Below are positions 12,421 to 25,979 of a DNA stretch of 45,830 nt, in pieces (the stretch's first letter is position 1; every line of letters begins with the position of its first letter). A program made the position numbers and the translations under genes. The notes beneath the pieces are model-generated. The model did not search any database and was not told the DNA's origin. It saw only the letters and a list, made by a program, of their open reading frames with translations. The stretch is from Balamuthia mandrillaris (lineage: Eukaryota). The stretch is from assembly GCA_031835245.2 (NCBI GenBank), contig JAVKOQ020000106.1, positions 124,001 through 169,830 on the forward strand, given 5' to 3'.

Positions 12421-13164
12421 ATGTGGGAAGGCGCAGAGTTTCAGCGGGGAACGCAGAGGCACCAGCCGTTGAGCGAAGAAGAGAACCAGAAGAATGCTCG
12501 CTACCAATTCCTGCTTGCTGCCAGAGACACAGAGGAGTTCCTATCGCAACTGGAAAAAGAGGAACGAGTGTGCCGTGAACAAGTGGACCACCTCTGCGCA
12601 TTATACAGAGAGCGCGCAGAGGGCAACAAGAGGTTAATGTCAGAAAATAAGATCCTGTTGGCCCGTGTCGATGAAACCATGAAGCAGAACATGGCCGATA
12701 TCTGCACCTCGAAGGAGAACATCGCTGCGCTTCGCAAAGACATCGATTCGCAGTGGGAAAGCCTTATACTTGGTCAACTTGCTGAAAATTTCAAGGACAA
12801 GCTGTTTCGCTCCGTGTATCATCCCTTTGTACCCACCTTCCTCCCTTGCTGGGAGGAATTCGTGCAGGAACTTGAGCACGATAGTGAGCTACAAAAACGC
12901 TATGATGACTTGAAAGGTCAGCTGGGGGGATTACCAAATCGATTGGGAGGTGTTCTTGAGGCACTTTTATCATCTCGTGTGTCTGTGGTCCACCCTGCAA
13001 ACCATCATGAACGTGGTAGGCGCCCTGTTTTGAAGGAAGATATCCTCCGGGCTATAGCCAACGGGCCCGAGAAACAACGTGGTGACCTTGAAAGACTCTG
13101 TAATGCATTAGAGAAACTCGCGACAAACTTGAACGAGCCCTTATTCTGTGACTTGAGCCAATAA
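12421..13164 (+). CDS. Intronless hypothetical protein: coiled coil plus a helical C-terminal domain with an Rx4H motif
   Basis: Open frame 12295-13164, likely start MWEGAEF at 12421. Heptad-like region, then ...LLSSRVSVVHPA. Confidence 0.65.
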   Translation: MWEGAEFQRGTQRHQPLSEEENQKNARYQFLLAARDTEEFLSQLEKEERVCREQVDHLCALYRERAEGNKRLMSENKILLARVDETMKQNMADICTSKENIAALRKDIDSQWESLILGQLAENFKDKLFRSVYHPFVPTFLPCWEEFVQELEHDSELQKRYDDLKGQLGGLPNRLGGVLEALLSSRVSVVHPANHHERGRRPVLKEDILRAIANGPEKQRGDLERLCNALEKLATNLNEPLFCDLSQ

Positions 13165-13264
13165 TATGAGAAAACCTTTTTGGTTGAGCCCAACTGAATG
13201 AAATAAAAGAGCAAGCCACAACGACAAAGTACATTCACCACCAAGAGAAGAGAAATAGGTTTTT

Positions 13265-14262
13265 TCACGTGGAGGAAGTGCCGCTTGATATGGTTTCCAG
13301 CTGGTCTCGTATCTTGCCCAGTCCTTCCAACATTGTTTCCAGCCTTCAGAACACAGAATACGCCACCGATAAAGAAGCAGAATAAATGGGGCACAATTGA
13401 AACAGCATCGAAAGAAGCATTACAACGTAAGAAAGAAGGAAAGAACGAGAAGAAACGACAAGAAAGAAAGAAAGAAACACTAGAAAGAAAGAAACGGCAC
13501 CAAAGAAACAACAAGAAAGGAAGGAACGGAGGGTACGTACGTAGCCGAGTCCAGCTCAAAAGTCACATTTTGAAGCGAAGGGGTCTCCCCCACGACGGTA
13601 GGCGTGGCCTCCACTTTCAGTTGTACCAAGACCGTAGGTGCGTTCATACGTGCTCTCTCGGAAGCGCTTTTCAGGTCTATTCTCCAGTCCACATCTCGCT
13701 TTGGTTGTTACATATAACATAAGGTGAGACCACATGGAAACGAAATGAAGAGGGTTTTGGCTGAGCAAAAAAACAAAAAAAACGTTACGTATTTAGGGAG
13801 TGAGATCTGATTGGCAATGGCCTCTTTGCGCCACTGAGGGAGGTGGTGGGCCACTATGGTGCTGATAAGCTTTGCCAGTTCGGAGTGGAGGGAAGAGGGA
13901 AGCAGCTCCGCCACAGCCTGAAGCGTAGCCTCTGCGTCGTACACAGCCGCAGCTATCAGTTCCCGTATGGCGGTGAGCAACTGCACGCGACAAAACAAAA
14001 GGTAGTTATTATTAGTTTACTTCTTCATCAACTAACAGCCGCTCAAGTTGTTTGTTTAAAACACAGAGGTGCTCTTCAATCGCACCCTGAGAGCCTGTTG
14101 CTGCTCTAGCTTGAAGGCTCGGCCGGTCGCCTCTACCAGCTGTGCTGGCAAAGGGTTGTCTTTTCTGCATTTGAAGGAGGCAACGAACAGCTCGTTGACC
14201 GCTTTTTTGGAGGGGGCTTTGAGCAGGTAAGCCAGTGGTTCTTTGCTAGCGGCGTCCGTCAT
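13265..14262 (-). CDS. COMMD9: COMM domain-containing protein 9
   Basis: LAYLLKAPSK N-terminus; QISLPK / DVDWRIDLKSASE..RMNAPTVLVQLKVE...VTFELD / LETMLEGLGKIRDQL, as in COMMD9. Three introns. Confidence 0.88.
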
Positions 14263-14428
14263 CTTTCTCCTTCTTCTCCTTTTTCTTCTCCTTCTGGCTC
14301 CCTCTGCTGCTACATTCCTTAAATTGCTATCATTCTCTCTGCATTCTTATCATTCCTTGTTATTTTATTTTATTTTATTTGATTTTGTTTTACGTGATGT
14401 GATGTGATGGGATGTGATGTTAGGGGTT

Positions 14429-17006
14429 TTATTTGAGCATGAACCAGCAGTTGCGACAACGAACTGCAGCCTGCCGTACGATCCTTTTGCGGTCATCCAG
14501 CGCATTGGTAAGCTCGTTAACGACTTGTTTCTTGAATGGGTAGACGTGCGCGTAGGGAAGCCCTGCCACCCCCGCTAATGCCTTCAGTGCTTCCATTCGC
14601 ACATGCTAGGCACAACCACGAAGGAGAAAGAGAGAGAGAGGGAGAGAAAAAAAAAAGAGGTAAGGAATTGCATCCCAATTTTGCTGCCACAAAAGGGGCA
14701 ACCAAAACAAACGGAACGGAATGGGGACAAACCATGGATGTATCAAATGTTGTGAGACGGAGCAGTTGAGGTATTAAAGAGCTTATGTCTTTAGCCATTT
14801 GCTCAGGAGCCTCCTCCAGCAGCATGCTCACTGTGCTTAGTGTAGAACGCAACAAAGAGGCTGACGATGTCCCCAAGGATTGAAGCAACAAGGGTATTAC
14901 CTTTATATCAAATAAATAAACATCAGTAACTGAAAAAAACACTTTTAAAAAAGCAACACACACCACAGGCAGTTCAGAGAGAAGGATGCTCTTGGGAATA
15001 TGCTTCAAAAGATTGGCGATGGCCACCAAGTAATATGGTTTGTGGGATTGGCCGCACGTCTTGAAGCCGACCAGCAGAGTTGGTAGGGTCTCCGAGAAAT
15101 ATCGTTGCTTCCACAACACCTTTTAAAACTAGATTAATTTTGTGCAACAATGGAGAGAGCTGAAAGCAGAAAGACAGAAGAAAGAAAAGAATTAAGAAGA
15201 TTTACTAACCCGAATTGTAGCATCGCTTTCTTTGCTGAGAATGTCCATGTCAGATGTGATGATATCAAAGGCGGTGGCGATGTCCGATAGTAAAGCCTCT
15301 GCTTCGGAGGATTCAGCCGGGTTGTTGCTCAACATCGCACACATCTGGTCCGAGAGGTGCTTGCCAAATCGACTGCCCCTCATCACCAATCCTTTGCATA
15401 CCTAATCAGGTCGGTTATTTATCGTCAAAGAGAGAGAGAAAAAGAGAGAGAGAGAGAGAGAGCGAAACAAACGTAGATAAGAATATGTAAATAACGTCGG
15501 CGCAAAAACGTATCGCATGAAGCATCGGTTAGACTGGAAACCATTTTGGGCAACTTTACTTCATACACTTCCTTAAGCTCATTCGTTTCTGCATTTCAGC
15601 AACAAGCCAAGTTAGGAAGAGAAAGAGAAAGAGAGAGAGAGGAGCAGGAAAGAAGGAGGAATAAGGAATTGGGTACTAACCTTCAGAGTATTTGTTCAAA
15701 ATACTTGCTAAGCACTGAGCAGCAAAAACTGTAACAGTGGAAGGGGTTTCAATGCTGCTAGCAACTTCCAATAATGCATTAACGACATGAGGAAGGCAAG
15801 GCAGTTGCTATTAATAGAAATACAAAAGAACATTAAGTTCATGTGCTTAGTCGTTTTAAAAAACAAACAAATACATACTTGCTTCCTAGCCGCACCAACT
15901 ACAGCCGTGAACAATGGAATAAGCTGCTTTTGGGCAGTTGGGGAAGAGGGATCGAAAGGGAGAAAACTGGGAACATCGCTGACCTTGCTCATCACGTGGC
16001 CATCAAATGCGTCCAAGTTGCCATTCAGGAAAAGATCAACAGTCTGTCCAACGAACTGTACATGGTCTTCTTGTTTAAGTTTCCTTGTGACAACGGCAAA
16101 AAGAGGAGAGCAATGATCCATTGCACAATGGAATACTGTGTTTGTTTTTTCAGCAGAAGCGGAAGCATAAGAAGGAGGAGAAGAAGATGATGAGAAAGAG
16201 GGCGAAAACGGGTTGGAAGTAGCGGATAATGTAATCTTTTCTGAAGAAGATGAAGCCGAGGAGCAAATTTGTTGGATAAAGAGACCAAGAAGGGCAGGAC
16301 AATGCTGTTCAGCGAGGTCTGATAGAATTGAATAGACAGTTTCGTTGAGAGTAGTAGTTTCTTCCGTGGCTGATGCCGACGCAATATTCAGCTGTACAAT
16401 CTCTTTAATTGTGCCACAGATAAGCACCAACAACGATGCATTAGGAGAAGTTTTGTTGTTGTTATAAATTGGTTGAGTTAACTCTGATAGAAAGCAATAC
16501 GATTTGTGAGTAAATGTTCAACTTAGAAAAGGAGCACGCATGCAGAACGAACCATCAGCGTGTTGAAGGGCCAAATCGATAAGTTTAGGGAGCAGACGTT
16601 GACATATGGAAGGGTTAGAAGCAAAAGAGGCCAAAGCATGCAGGATGAATTCTTCTCTTCTGCTCTTTGGCATGGTGGAGGCTGTGGTTGGCAACTTGGT
16701 GGCATCTATCTTTCCGTCTTCACTCTCAAAGCGTTCTACAGCGCAGAAAAGCAGTGTATGTTAGCTCGTTTTTTTTTTAAAAAATGACCATCAACTTCGG
16801 CCCTTTGAAAGTGTAGGTACCTTGTGAAATAGTTGTTACATGACTGTCATGCTCCATTGGGTGGGCATGCTGTCGTTGCAACGCGTCAAGAAGTACCGGG
16901 ACAGCAGTATCCATTATAAGGCACATTTGCTCGTTATCAAGGGCTATTGCCACTAATGATTTCAGGCACTGGGCTCTTATGTTGTCATATAAGTAATTAC
17001 AATGAG

Positions 17007-17045
<39 letters not shown>

Positions 17046-17393
17046 GTCAGGCGAATCTTACCGCAAAGCCAATGCCCTACCGTCCAGTAATTTGAGCGTG
17101 AACTGTTGCAGTACTTCGTTAACCTTCACAGTCATAGGTTACAACAATGCATGTACAGAAAAGATTAGTGGACATAGAGAATAAAATGGAGAGAAACAAC
17201 AAACCTGGTCTCTGTTAAGGAGTCCATGCAGGACAAGCTGTCCCAAGGCCTCAGCGGAACCGGAGCGCACCTCTTCTGTGGTATCAGGAGAACTGTAGAG
17301 CAGCTCTGAAAGCAATGGCGTATACAATTCGGATACAAATGGCAACACCGGGTGCTTTTCTTTCGGTTGACCTTTATGACAACGATTAGAAGT

Positions 17394-17459
<66 letters not shown>

Positions 17460-17819
17460 CATCATTGACCACGTGCACGAGGTAACTCACCCTTTGAGTA
17501 AGCGCCAGTAGACAAAAAATTATTGATGAGGCCCAAGAGAGCTTGCCGGTTGGTGGCTTGCTTTTCCGACATAAACTGAGACAAAAGAAGCGGAAAACAG
17601 GATTTGAAAATCTCTTCACCAGCCCTCACTATAAAGGAGCCAAAATAAAATCAATTGGGGTTTCTTGCAAAAGAAGGAAACAAAATATAACCTGAAGCAG
17701 ATGCTGCACTGCACAAAAGCTTTCCGCTATTGATTGCTGCTTTGGAGTCGGGTTTCCGTAGCCGTAGTGTACACTGAGATATCAATGGTGCAAGAAATGT
17801 CTGGTGTGTGTTTAGGGAA

Positions 17820-17857
<38 letters not shown>

Positions 17858-19206
17858 GAGTGTTAAGCGATTGAAGAAAAAAAATTATTGTTCGTAGGCA
17901 ATGAGGACAGCTACCTTTACATCAGAGGATGTTTTATCTTCTTTAGGAGTATGAGTGAAAATTAGGTCCATCTCAGACACAACTCCGGAAATGGCACTGG
18001 CAGTTGTCATGACTTCCGCTACTATCTCATTCTCTTTACAAGTCAATGCCTGGAACCAATAATGAAAATTAATCGTGAGAATCCAGCGGTTGTTGCTAAG
18101 AATAAAAGTAATGAAGGGAAGCAAACCTCGTTCACTAACGCCTCCCAAATGCTTTCCATATGACCAAGCAAAGACTGAGCACCATAACACGAAACGCAAT
18201 AACTCAGTGTTTGGAGCGTCTCTAACTTTACAAGTAATAAGTCCTTTGTCAAGATGTAACCTTCAAGCGCGGGAAAGGGAGCAAAAAGGCGTACTTTGGT
18301 TTCTACTACTGTTGAGCTCAGTTTTTCTAACAGAAAGGGAATGCAATACTCTGTGAATGCAGGATGCGCTCCAAAACATGCTCTGTGCATGGGTTTTTGT
18401 TTGATGTTAACTACTGAACAACGTGCTATAATAAGCTAAACTTACTTTAGTGCTTGGAGCAGGTCTTCTCTTGTAATGGCTGCTGGAGAATTTGCCTTTG
18501 GTCTGAAGGAAAGGGGAAAATAAACTGAAATAATTTCAAACAGCTCCTGTACAATTTTTAGTTGTGTTATATTTGTGAAAAAAGTGAAGAAAAGGGGTTG
18601 CTATACCTCTGCAAAGCCAATGAATTCAGGAATGAGTGACACTACGTGTTGAAAAAGCTTGAACCCAGTTAGCAGGATGCGTGGATCTCTCTCTCCATCA
18701 AGCACACGAAGGAACGAATATACAAAGTCAGCCTTGAAATCCTTTGCAGCTGGTTTTTTTTGCATTGTTAAACGGAGGTAAGTGCATTTGCGGGTGTGAT
18801 ATATGCGCTGTTGCATCCATGAAAAATCTCTTTAAATAATGACTTGGCTTTTGTGGAGCCATAGAAGAGAAAAATCTCCAATACGATGCACAAAGTGAAA
18901 AAAGTTACTTTTTCATTGTAAGGCCCGTTATTTGATCACAAGAAGCACGTTGTGTTGCTTTCATGAGTTCCTTTAGGCCAAGAGAGAGAGAGAGAGAGAG
19001 AGAGAGGACAGAAAAAGTAACTAAGAACAAAAGCGCACTTTGAGGATATTTGCTCAAGAAAAAGTCGTAAATGTTCATAAGGTTCGCCCGTGATGGTTGT
19101 GACAAAGATAGAACATAACCCTGGTCCACGACCTCAGCTGTTACGCTATATAACAAAAATCAGCATTATGGTTCTTCTAGTCCACACTCACAGAGAGAAG
19201 GATGGG

Positions 19207-19253
<47 letters not shown>

Positions 19254-19820
19254 ACCTTCTAAAGCATCGTACTTGGTCTTCAAAAGAAAGCAGATGATTC
19301 TTCAAAAGGGCGCTAAGGCCTTTCAGAACCTCTGCCAAAGTGGCAAAGTCCTGCAGCCGGTCGCAGTAGAAAAGGCAGAGAAAGTGAATTGCGTTGCTGT
19401 CAAGGGTCAGTTCCGGTAAACGTGTTAGCACCTCTGATAATAACAGGGTCGCTGCACGAAACGCGAAGAGACAAAAAGAAAAGAAGTGACGTGAGAAGGA
19501 GTGTAAAGGAGGCTTGTTGCAGTGAAACCATTAAACCTCGGCCTCGCAAAGTCTCATCTTTGCTGGGAAGAAATTCGCCCAAGAACTCGATCAGTTGTTG
19601 CAGTGTCAGCTTTCCTCCGTGAACAGCTGTCCTTTCCGTGCAGCCGTCAGTGGGTGAGGGCCACCCTGCGAAAATAAGGAGAAAAATGCGCACCAAGCAA
19701 TATAATATTAAGAGCCTCTACGTGGTCATCTTCAGATTTTTCAGGGTCCACATAAGCCCTTACCGTGGGCAACATATCCTGTTGGGCAGGCCCACCCTCC
19801 TGCGGCTGCCTCTCTGTCAT
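14429..19820 (-). CDS. MMS19: MMS19/MET18 cytosolic Fe-S assembly HEAT-repeat protein
   Basis: LTLQQLIEFLGEFL...LRGRG, FLCLFYCDRL, DGERDPRILL, YFPLSF, LWKQRYF, ANLLKHIPKSILLSELP and the C-terminal LDDRKRIVRQAAVRCRNCW. Many exons. Confidence 0.92.
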
Positions 19821-20076
19821 CTGTAGTGGTGTTGGAGGGTTGTTTGTTGCCAACAAAAAGGGGGGTTGGTACATAATATAATGGTTTGATGTCAGAGGGG
19901 TCTTTCAGAAGGGTACAGAGACAGAGTGAACACGGGCAAACCCCGTGCTATTTTTGTCGACACTCTACACCACAAAATAAAACCCGTTGAGCAAGGAGGA
20001 GGAGGAGCAGAGTAAGATTCGGACGAGTTCCTCCTACCCATTGTGCATAGCGAGTACCCAAAAAACAAAAACCAAC

Positions 20077-20655
20077 ATGGAAGAGAACTACACAACGCTT
20101 TTCAGTTTTCGTCTTGGAAGCTCCAGCGGTCTTGCGTGTGCGAGACCTGATTGCTCTTTTGAGGTGCGCCTAACTGGCTGCCATGGTGGCGGCCGAAGGA
20201 AACCCCTCTACTGTTCCTCATCCTGTCAACGTGCCCATTGGCAGCAACAGCTCTCTCAACTGCCTTCCTGGAGCCCCTTCACCTCAGAGGAAGATGAGCG
20301 TGGGCTTCACCGTCTCTGGAGGCTCCTCAACGACTTGAACGAAGAAGAAAGCCGACGTTGCCGCAACCCTTTCTGTCGTCACGCAGATCTGACAAGGAAC
20401 AGGACGGGACCTGCTCTCAATCTAAGGCGCTGCGACCGTTCCTACTGCTCTTCGGAATGCCAAAGACAACATTTGTTACAGCAACTTCATGCCCTTCACA
20501 TGGAGTCTATGGAAGAGAGGGAAAAGGAGGAAGAGGACAGACTTGTCTTTGCGAGGGTTGAACAGATGATGAGAGCCACCCAACGCGAAGCGGAGAGGCT
20601 ACACCAGCAGGCTCAGGGCAACTTCCTCCTGTTCCCGGGCCGAGCTTTTAGCTAA
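20077..20655 (+). CDS. Intronless protein with two degenerate MYND-like zinc-finger motifs
   Basis: CARPDC...YCSSSCQRAHW and CRNPFC...RRCDRSYCSSECQRQHL. Confidence 0.6.
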   Translation: MEENYTTLFSFRLGSSSGLACARPDCSFEVRLTGCHGGGRRKPLYCSSSCQRAHWQQQLSQLPSWSPFTSEEDERGLHRLWRLLNDLNEEESRRCRNPFCRHADLTRNRTGPALNLRRCDRSYCSSECQRQHLLQQLHALHMESMEEREKEEEDRLVFARVEQMMRATQREAERLHQQAQGNFLLFPGRAFS

Positions 20656-21039
20656 GCGATAACCCTTTGGACACTATAAGATGATGATGGTGGTGGTGGT
20701 GATGATGTACAGACGACTACAGCAGCAACAGCAGGTGGTGATGGCCCAATAAATCTTAACGAACGAACAATCGAACGAAAGAAAGAAAAAACGAAGACCA
20801 AAAAAAAAAAAGTGAAGGCCTCAGAGGGAGAGAGAGATTCGTTGACTTGCTTTTCTTCTTAATTCCACGTTCTTATAATACAACAATTGAAAAATACTCT
20901 CCTCTTCGGCCCAAAAATATATATCATGTACACCTTGAAAATGTATATCTTGCCGGCTTGTGGTTGTTGTTGTTGCCACTATATCCCTCTTACAATCACG
21001 ACCCACTCAGCCATCTCTAATTAGGCCTCTGCTGCTGCT

Positions 21040-23204
21040 CTACAATTCAAGACGTGAGCCGAGGAGAGTGTGCACGTTGGCATGTTTGTGGGTGATTTCC
21101 AACAGCTTTTGCAATGTTTTCTTTTGCCGCTGTCGCTTTGCCCATTGCCCTTCTCCCCTCTCCCCGTTGTTTGATTTTTGTAGTTGAAGAGAAGAGAAAG
21201 AGGAGGAGGAAGGTTGTGTTTGCTGTGCTTGTTGTTGCGACTGCTGCTGAAGTTGATGATGATGGAGGTTTGCCACGCCACCAAAGAGGGAGACAAGGCC
21301 AAGCAACCCACAGAGGTTTTCATCTCCAGAAATGGCGGCCACGCACATCAGCTCGAGAGGAGGAGGCGGTGGCACAACCCATTCCCCCGTCTCGTTGGCG
21401 TAATAGCCTATCCTTCGGTGAATGGCTTTGAGGGTGTAACCCAACATGGCGCGGCTGCGTTGAGCCTCTGTTTGCCATAACTTGCAAACCAACATGCCTC
21501 TCATGCCTTCCGCTATCATCTTCTTGGCCAGGTTAGCTGAAAAAAAGATAGAAAAAGAACATCAGCGACAAACTAGGGAACTAGGATGAGGAAGAATTGA
21601 AAGAAAGAAACAACAGGAAAGAAAAGACGTTACTTTGGTGAGCAAACGCAGCCATTGAAAAATAACCAAGCTGTTGGACGGAGGGATGTCTAGAGAAAGT
21701 CAGGTCCATGAAGGGGCGCATGAACTTCCATTGAAGGGAGCCGCCCTCCTGTTGTTGTTTCTCGCTATGTTCCTGCTGCCAACGGGCAACGTCTTGCACT
21801 CGTTGCACGCTTAGAAAATATTGTATCTGGTCCAGAGCATTGCCTGCTACCGTCGTTTCCAGAAGGTCAGAATCATTTCGACTGTCAAGCAGCAGGTAAC
21901 CCAACGTTAGGGCTGACATATACTGCGTCATGATCTGATAGTCGGCATCTGTGGGACTGTTGCTTTCGTTCAACTCGATCTTGGAAGGTCGGCGACCACC
22001 AGACACGACGCGGGATGGGTCAAGCTCGTCACTTATTTTAAGGCTGACGTTGCTTCGGATGTTAACGTCTGCGTTCTTGCTGTTTTTCTTTCTTTTGTTG
22101 TTGTTATTGTGTTGCTCCTCCTCTTCTTCATCATCAGAGGACCAATAGTCCTCCGATTCCTCGTCGGATGGAGGCTCTGGAGCAAAGTCCACCACGTTGT
22201 TCTCGTCAGGGTGGGTGGTTGATCCTGAATAGATGTTTATGTACTGGCGAGAGAGGATGGCTCGTCCCACTCCCTCAGTCACCATTGATCTTCTGCATGC
22301 CACTAACAGTTTCACATTAAATTGTTGTCAGGAAAGGAAAGTGCTGGAGGAGAGAGGAGGAATGTAGGTTTTACCATTTTGTGCTAAACACACAAAACAA
22401 GCAATGACTCGCCAACGATGTTTCTCCGCAGTTATGTCAAGCAACCGCAAAAGGGCATCAACAGCACCTAGTTCCACAGCTTTTTCGGCCACATCATCGA
22501 ACTCAAGATAGTTCCAAAGTGCTCCAGTCCCAGCCTGTTGTAGCTGCGGGATCACGGATTGAAGGGACCGGATCAAAGGAGCCAACACACCCTCTCCTAG
22601 TAGCAAACGGGCTAGCTTTTCAGAGGCGGTCAAGTTCCAGACTGCCTTCGTAGCTTGTATTCTTACTTGGTCTCCGTTGGCTGGCCCCATCAGGGCAATG
22701 AGATCCTCAATTCCCCCTTTCTGTGCAAAGTATCGGCGATTGTCTCCTATAAAGAGAAAGAGGGCGATGAGATCACAGAAGCGTATGGAGCTATTAAATC
22801 ATGGCGATAAACGTTTTAACTACTGTAACTACATACGTGTTTGTGGAGCCTCGTACGGCGTGAAAAAGTCGTAAGCCAACATTCTAAAAGTAAAGTGAAG
22901 GTTAGAGCGTGCATTCAAAACATAAAAGAAAAAAAAAAAGGGTGAAAGAAAAGTGTACTTCAATCCTTCAACTTGTGCAAGCGCTGTGTTAGATCGCAAT
23001 CGTCGCAGGGCGCGATCAATTTGCTCGTTCATTGCGTAGGGACAGGCCTTGGCAGCGTAGCTTGGAAGTAATGTATTGTCACTGAAAAGTACAGCTTTTT
23101 GAAGAGTTTTTGCTTCGCTGATTGAGTAGCGAAACTCTGCTTTTGCTGCTCTGAAGAATGTCAGCTTGAGTAACAGAGTGTTAGCAATCACTATTGTCTT
23201 TATC

Positions 23205-23257
<53 letters not shown>

Positions 23258-24563
23258 CCCGCTTCAACTTTGGGAAGTGATTGTAAATAAGTGTTTTGAG
23301 GTGGTTATCTCTAACGCGGTAAGGACAACCCAGACTAAAGTCTACCAGCTGCTTGCAGTTGCGAGCAATCATTTCCAAAGAGTCTCCACCTATTTGGGTG
23401 AGAGACACATTCAAGCTGCGGAGGCGATAACAATTGGTAGCTACAACTCCAAGCGACTCGTCACCTGAATCGCATCGCAAACAACACACACATACACACA
23501 CAGATCTTGACAGTAAATATGGGTTGAAATGAAACAGTTGAGATGCAGAGACAAACCTATTTTGATGCAATGAGATATATTCAAATGTCGGAGAGAAGAT
23601 CCAGCGTTTACTGCCAACATCTTCAGAGATTCATTATCTAGTTCTCTGGTGTTCTCCAAACTCAACGTGGCAATACTGCCAAAAGCATTAAACAGAGAGA
23701 GCAACGAAGAGGCATGAAGATGAGAGTATCCATCCATGTCAAACACCTGCTTACACAGAGAGAGAAAGAGAGAGAGAGAGAGATCAGAAGAAATGGTAAG
23801 CGGTACAACTTCAAAAATTCAAACCTGAAGGCGGTGCAGCACGTCATTATGTTTGGAAGCCCAAGATCGGAGTCTACTATCTTCGAGTGTTCTGCCACCC
23901 TTAAGAGTAGCAATAGAGCGCGCACTAGAAGCATTGAAGGCCACTTGTTGAAGAACAGCGGGAAGAAGACAAGGCAATCGCAGCCGCAATAACTGTTTGC
24001 AATTGCTCAAAAACTCATCTACTATGTCGCCGGTAACGTTGTTGCAGTAATAGAAGTCGAGTTCTGTGAGATTAGTACAGCTACGAGCTACCTGCAGGAA
24101 CTCATCCTTCCACAAATCTCCCATTGTTCTGCAAATCATTGAACGTAATACCCCATATTTGTGTTAGTGAGAATAGAGACACAAAAAGAGACAGGAAAAA
24201 TTGATTACCCAAAAGCCAAAGACTGCAAAGATGTGCAATATTGGGAAATTGCAACTAGTGGTTCCCATGTAGATGACGAAAAGTTGGGCAGCGATAGATG
24301 TGTGAGCTTTGTGCACTTGCTGATGAACGAACGAAATTTTTGGGTGGAAATTCCGCTGAGGCCTTTCAACCGCAGCTCAGTAAGACTTGTACTGATGCAA
24401 AGACTCAGCTGCTCTAGACATTCTCCTGATATGTGGTGACAGCATGAAAGGCTCAAGCTGGTAAGAGAAAGCCCGCGATTGCTAGGTGATTCCTTTGTTC
24501 CTCCACCTGTTGATTTTAGATCACATAAGCAACATAAGAAACTAATAAGAGAAGAGAGAGGAT

Positions 24564-24606
<43 letters not shown>

Positions 24607-25905
24607 AAGAAAGAAAGGAAAAATGCAAACGAACCTGTTACAAGCGCTTGCAGGATAGGGTCGGTGAGATGTTTGGCAAACGGAACAAGGTAAAGCCGTT
24701 GCATTCCCAAAAGAGCACAAGCGTTTCCCATTTTGCTCTGCAGCTCTGGGTTGGAGTGTGCCATCTTAATAAAGTTTCTCATTATTGTGTAAGCTGCCTC
24801 TATCTTTGGTTTGGCAACGTTGGCCTTAAACTCGCCATTGGAAGACAAGTAATGTTGATCGTTGTCCTTCTCCAACGCCCTCATGTACTCAGGATTGAGG
24901 GTCAATGCTTGAGAATAATGCTTTGCTGTAGTAGATTAGAGTTAGAGAAATTCCCAGATCCTTCAGACAAAAAAACAAAAAAAAAAAAGAGTTCAAAAGA
25001 AAATGGAATGAAAGCACGAACCAGCAGCTACAATGAGGTTCCTTTTCTCAGACATAGGATCAGCATTTCCTTGGAGAAAATGGTCAGGAGTAAGACTCTC
25101 TAGATGCTCCCAAATTACGTTTCCGCGTTTGATCCAAAACATACTGCTCTGAGGAAAGCTAGAAGCAAGATCCAAGTAGAAGGCAAGTCGTAAAGAATGA
25201 AGCTGGTCGATCCAACGCCATGCCCGAAGGTTCTTTCTACGATTCAGAGGGCCATTATTATTGGTAATATGGTTGTTGTCATTGTTGGTGTCATGAGTGT
25301 TGCTATCAGAGAGGCGTCGCTGTGAAGAAGGAGAAGGAGAGGAGGAGCGGTTATTGCTGGCTGGTGCCGGAGAAGAAAGCGGAGAAGAGGAAGAAAGAGC
25401 CTTTTCATCTTTTTTCTTGGATTCTTTCCTGTTAGGTTCCTCTTTGGAAGATTTTCGATGGCCACTATCGGTGCCGCTTTCCTTGCTCCCCTTTCTGGGG
25501 CTTTTCCTCTCATCTAAGAGTCTTTGTTTCCCAGCTGCTTTCTGTTGTTCTTTCAACGTCTTCTTTGCTTCTTTTTCTTCCTTTTTCTTTTTCTTCAAGG
25601 AGAAGCTGGCTGAAGATCCAAACAGTTTACTGACCGTACTCTTTTTCTTCGAGGCTTGAACTGGAAGATGAGGGTCAGAATTCGAGGTTGCCTGTTGCTG
25701 CTCTTTGTGTCCCTCTTCACCACCACCACCACCACTGCAATCAACAGAACCTGGACGGGGGCTTCGGCGAGGAACCGTTAGCTTTCCGCTGAGGGTAACT
25801 GTTGCTCTGGTGGAAGTGGTTGTGTTCTCTAAAATTGGTGATGAAGAAGCGGCGGTGTCCCCTTGTACCATCAGTTTTATGCCGACAGCGGTCTCTTCCT
25901 CTTTC

Positions 25906-25979
<74 letters not shown>

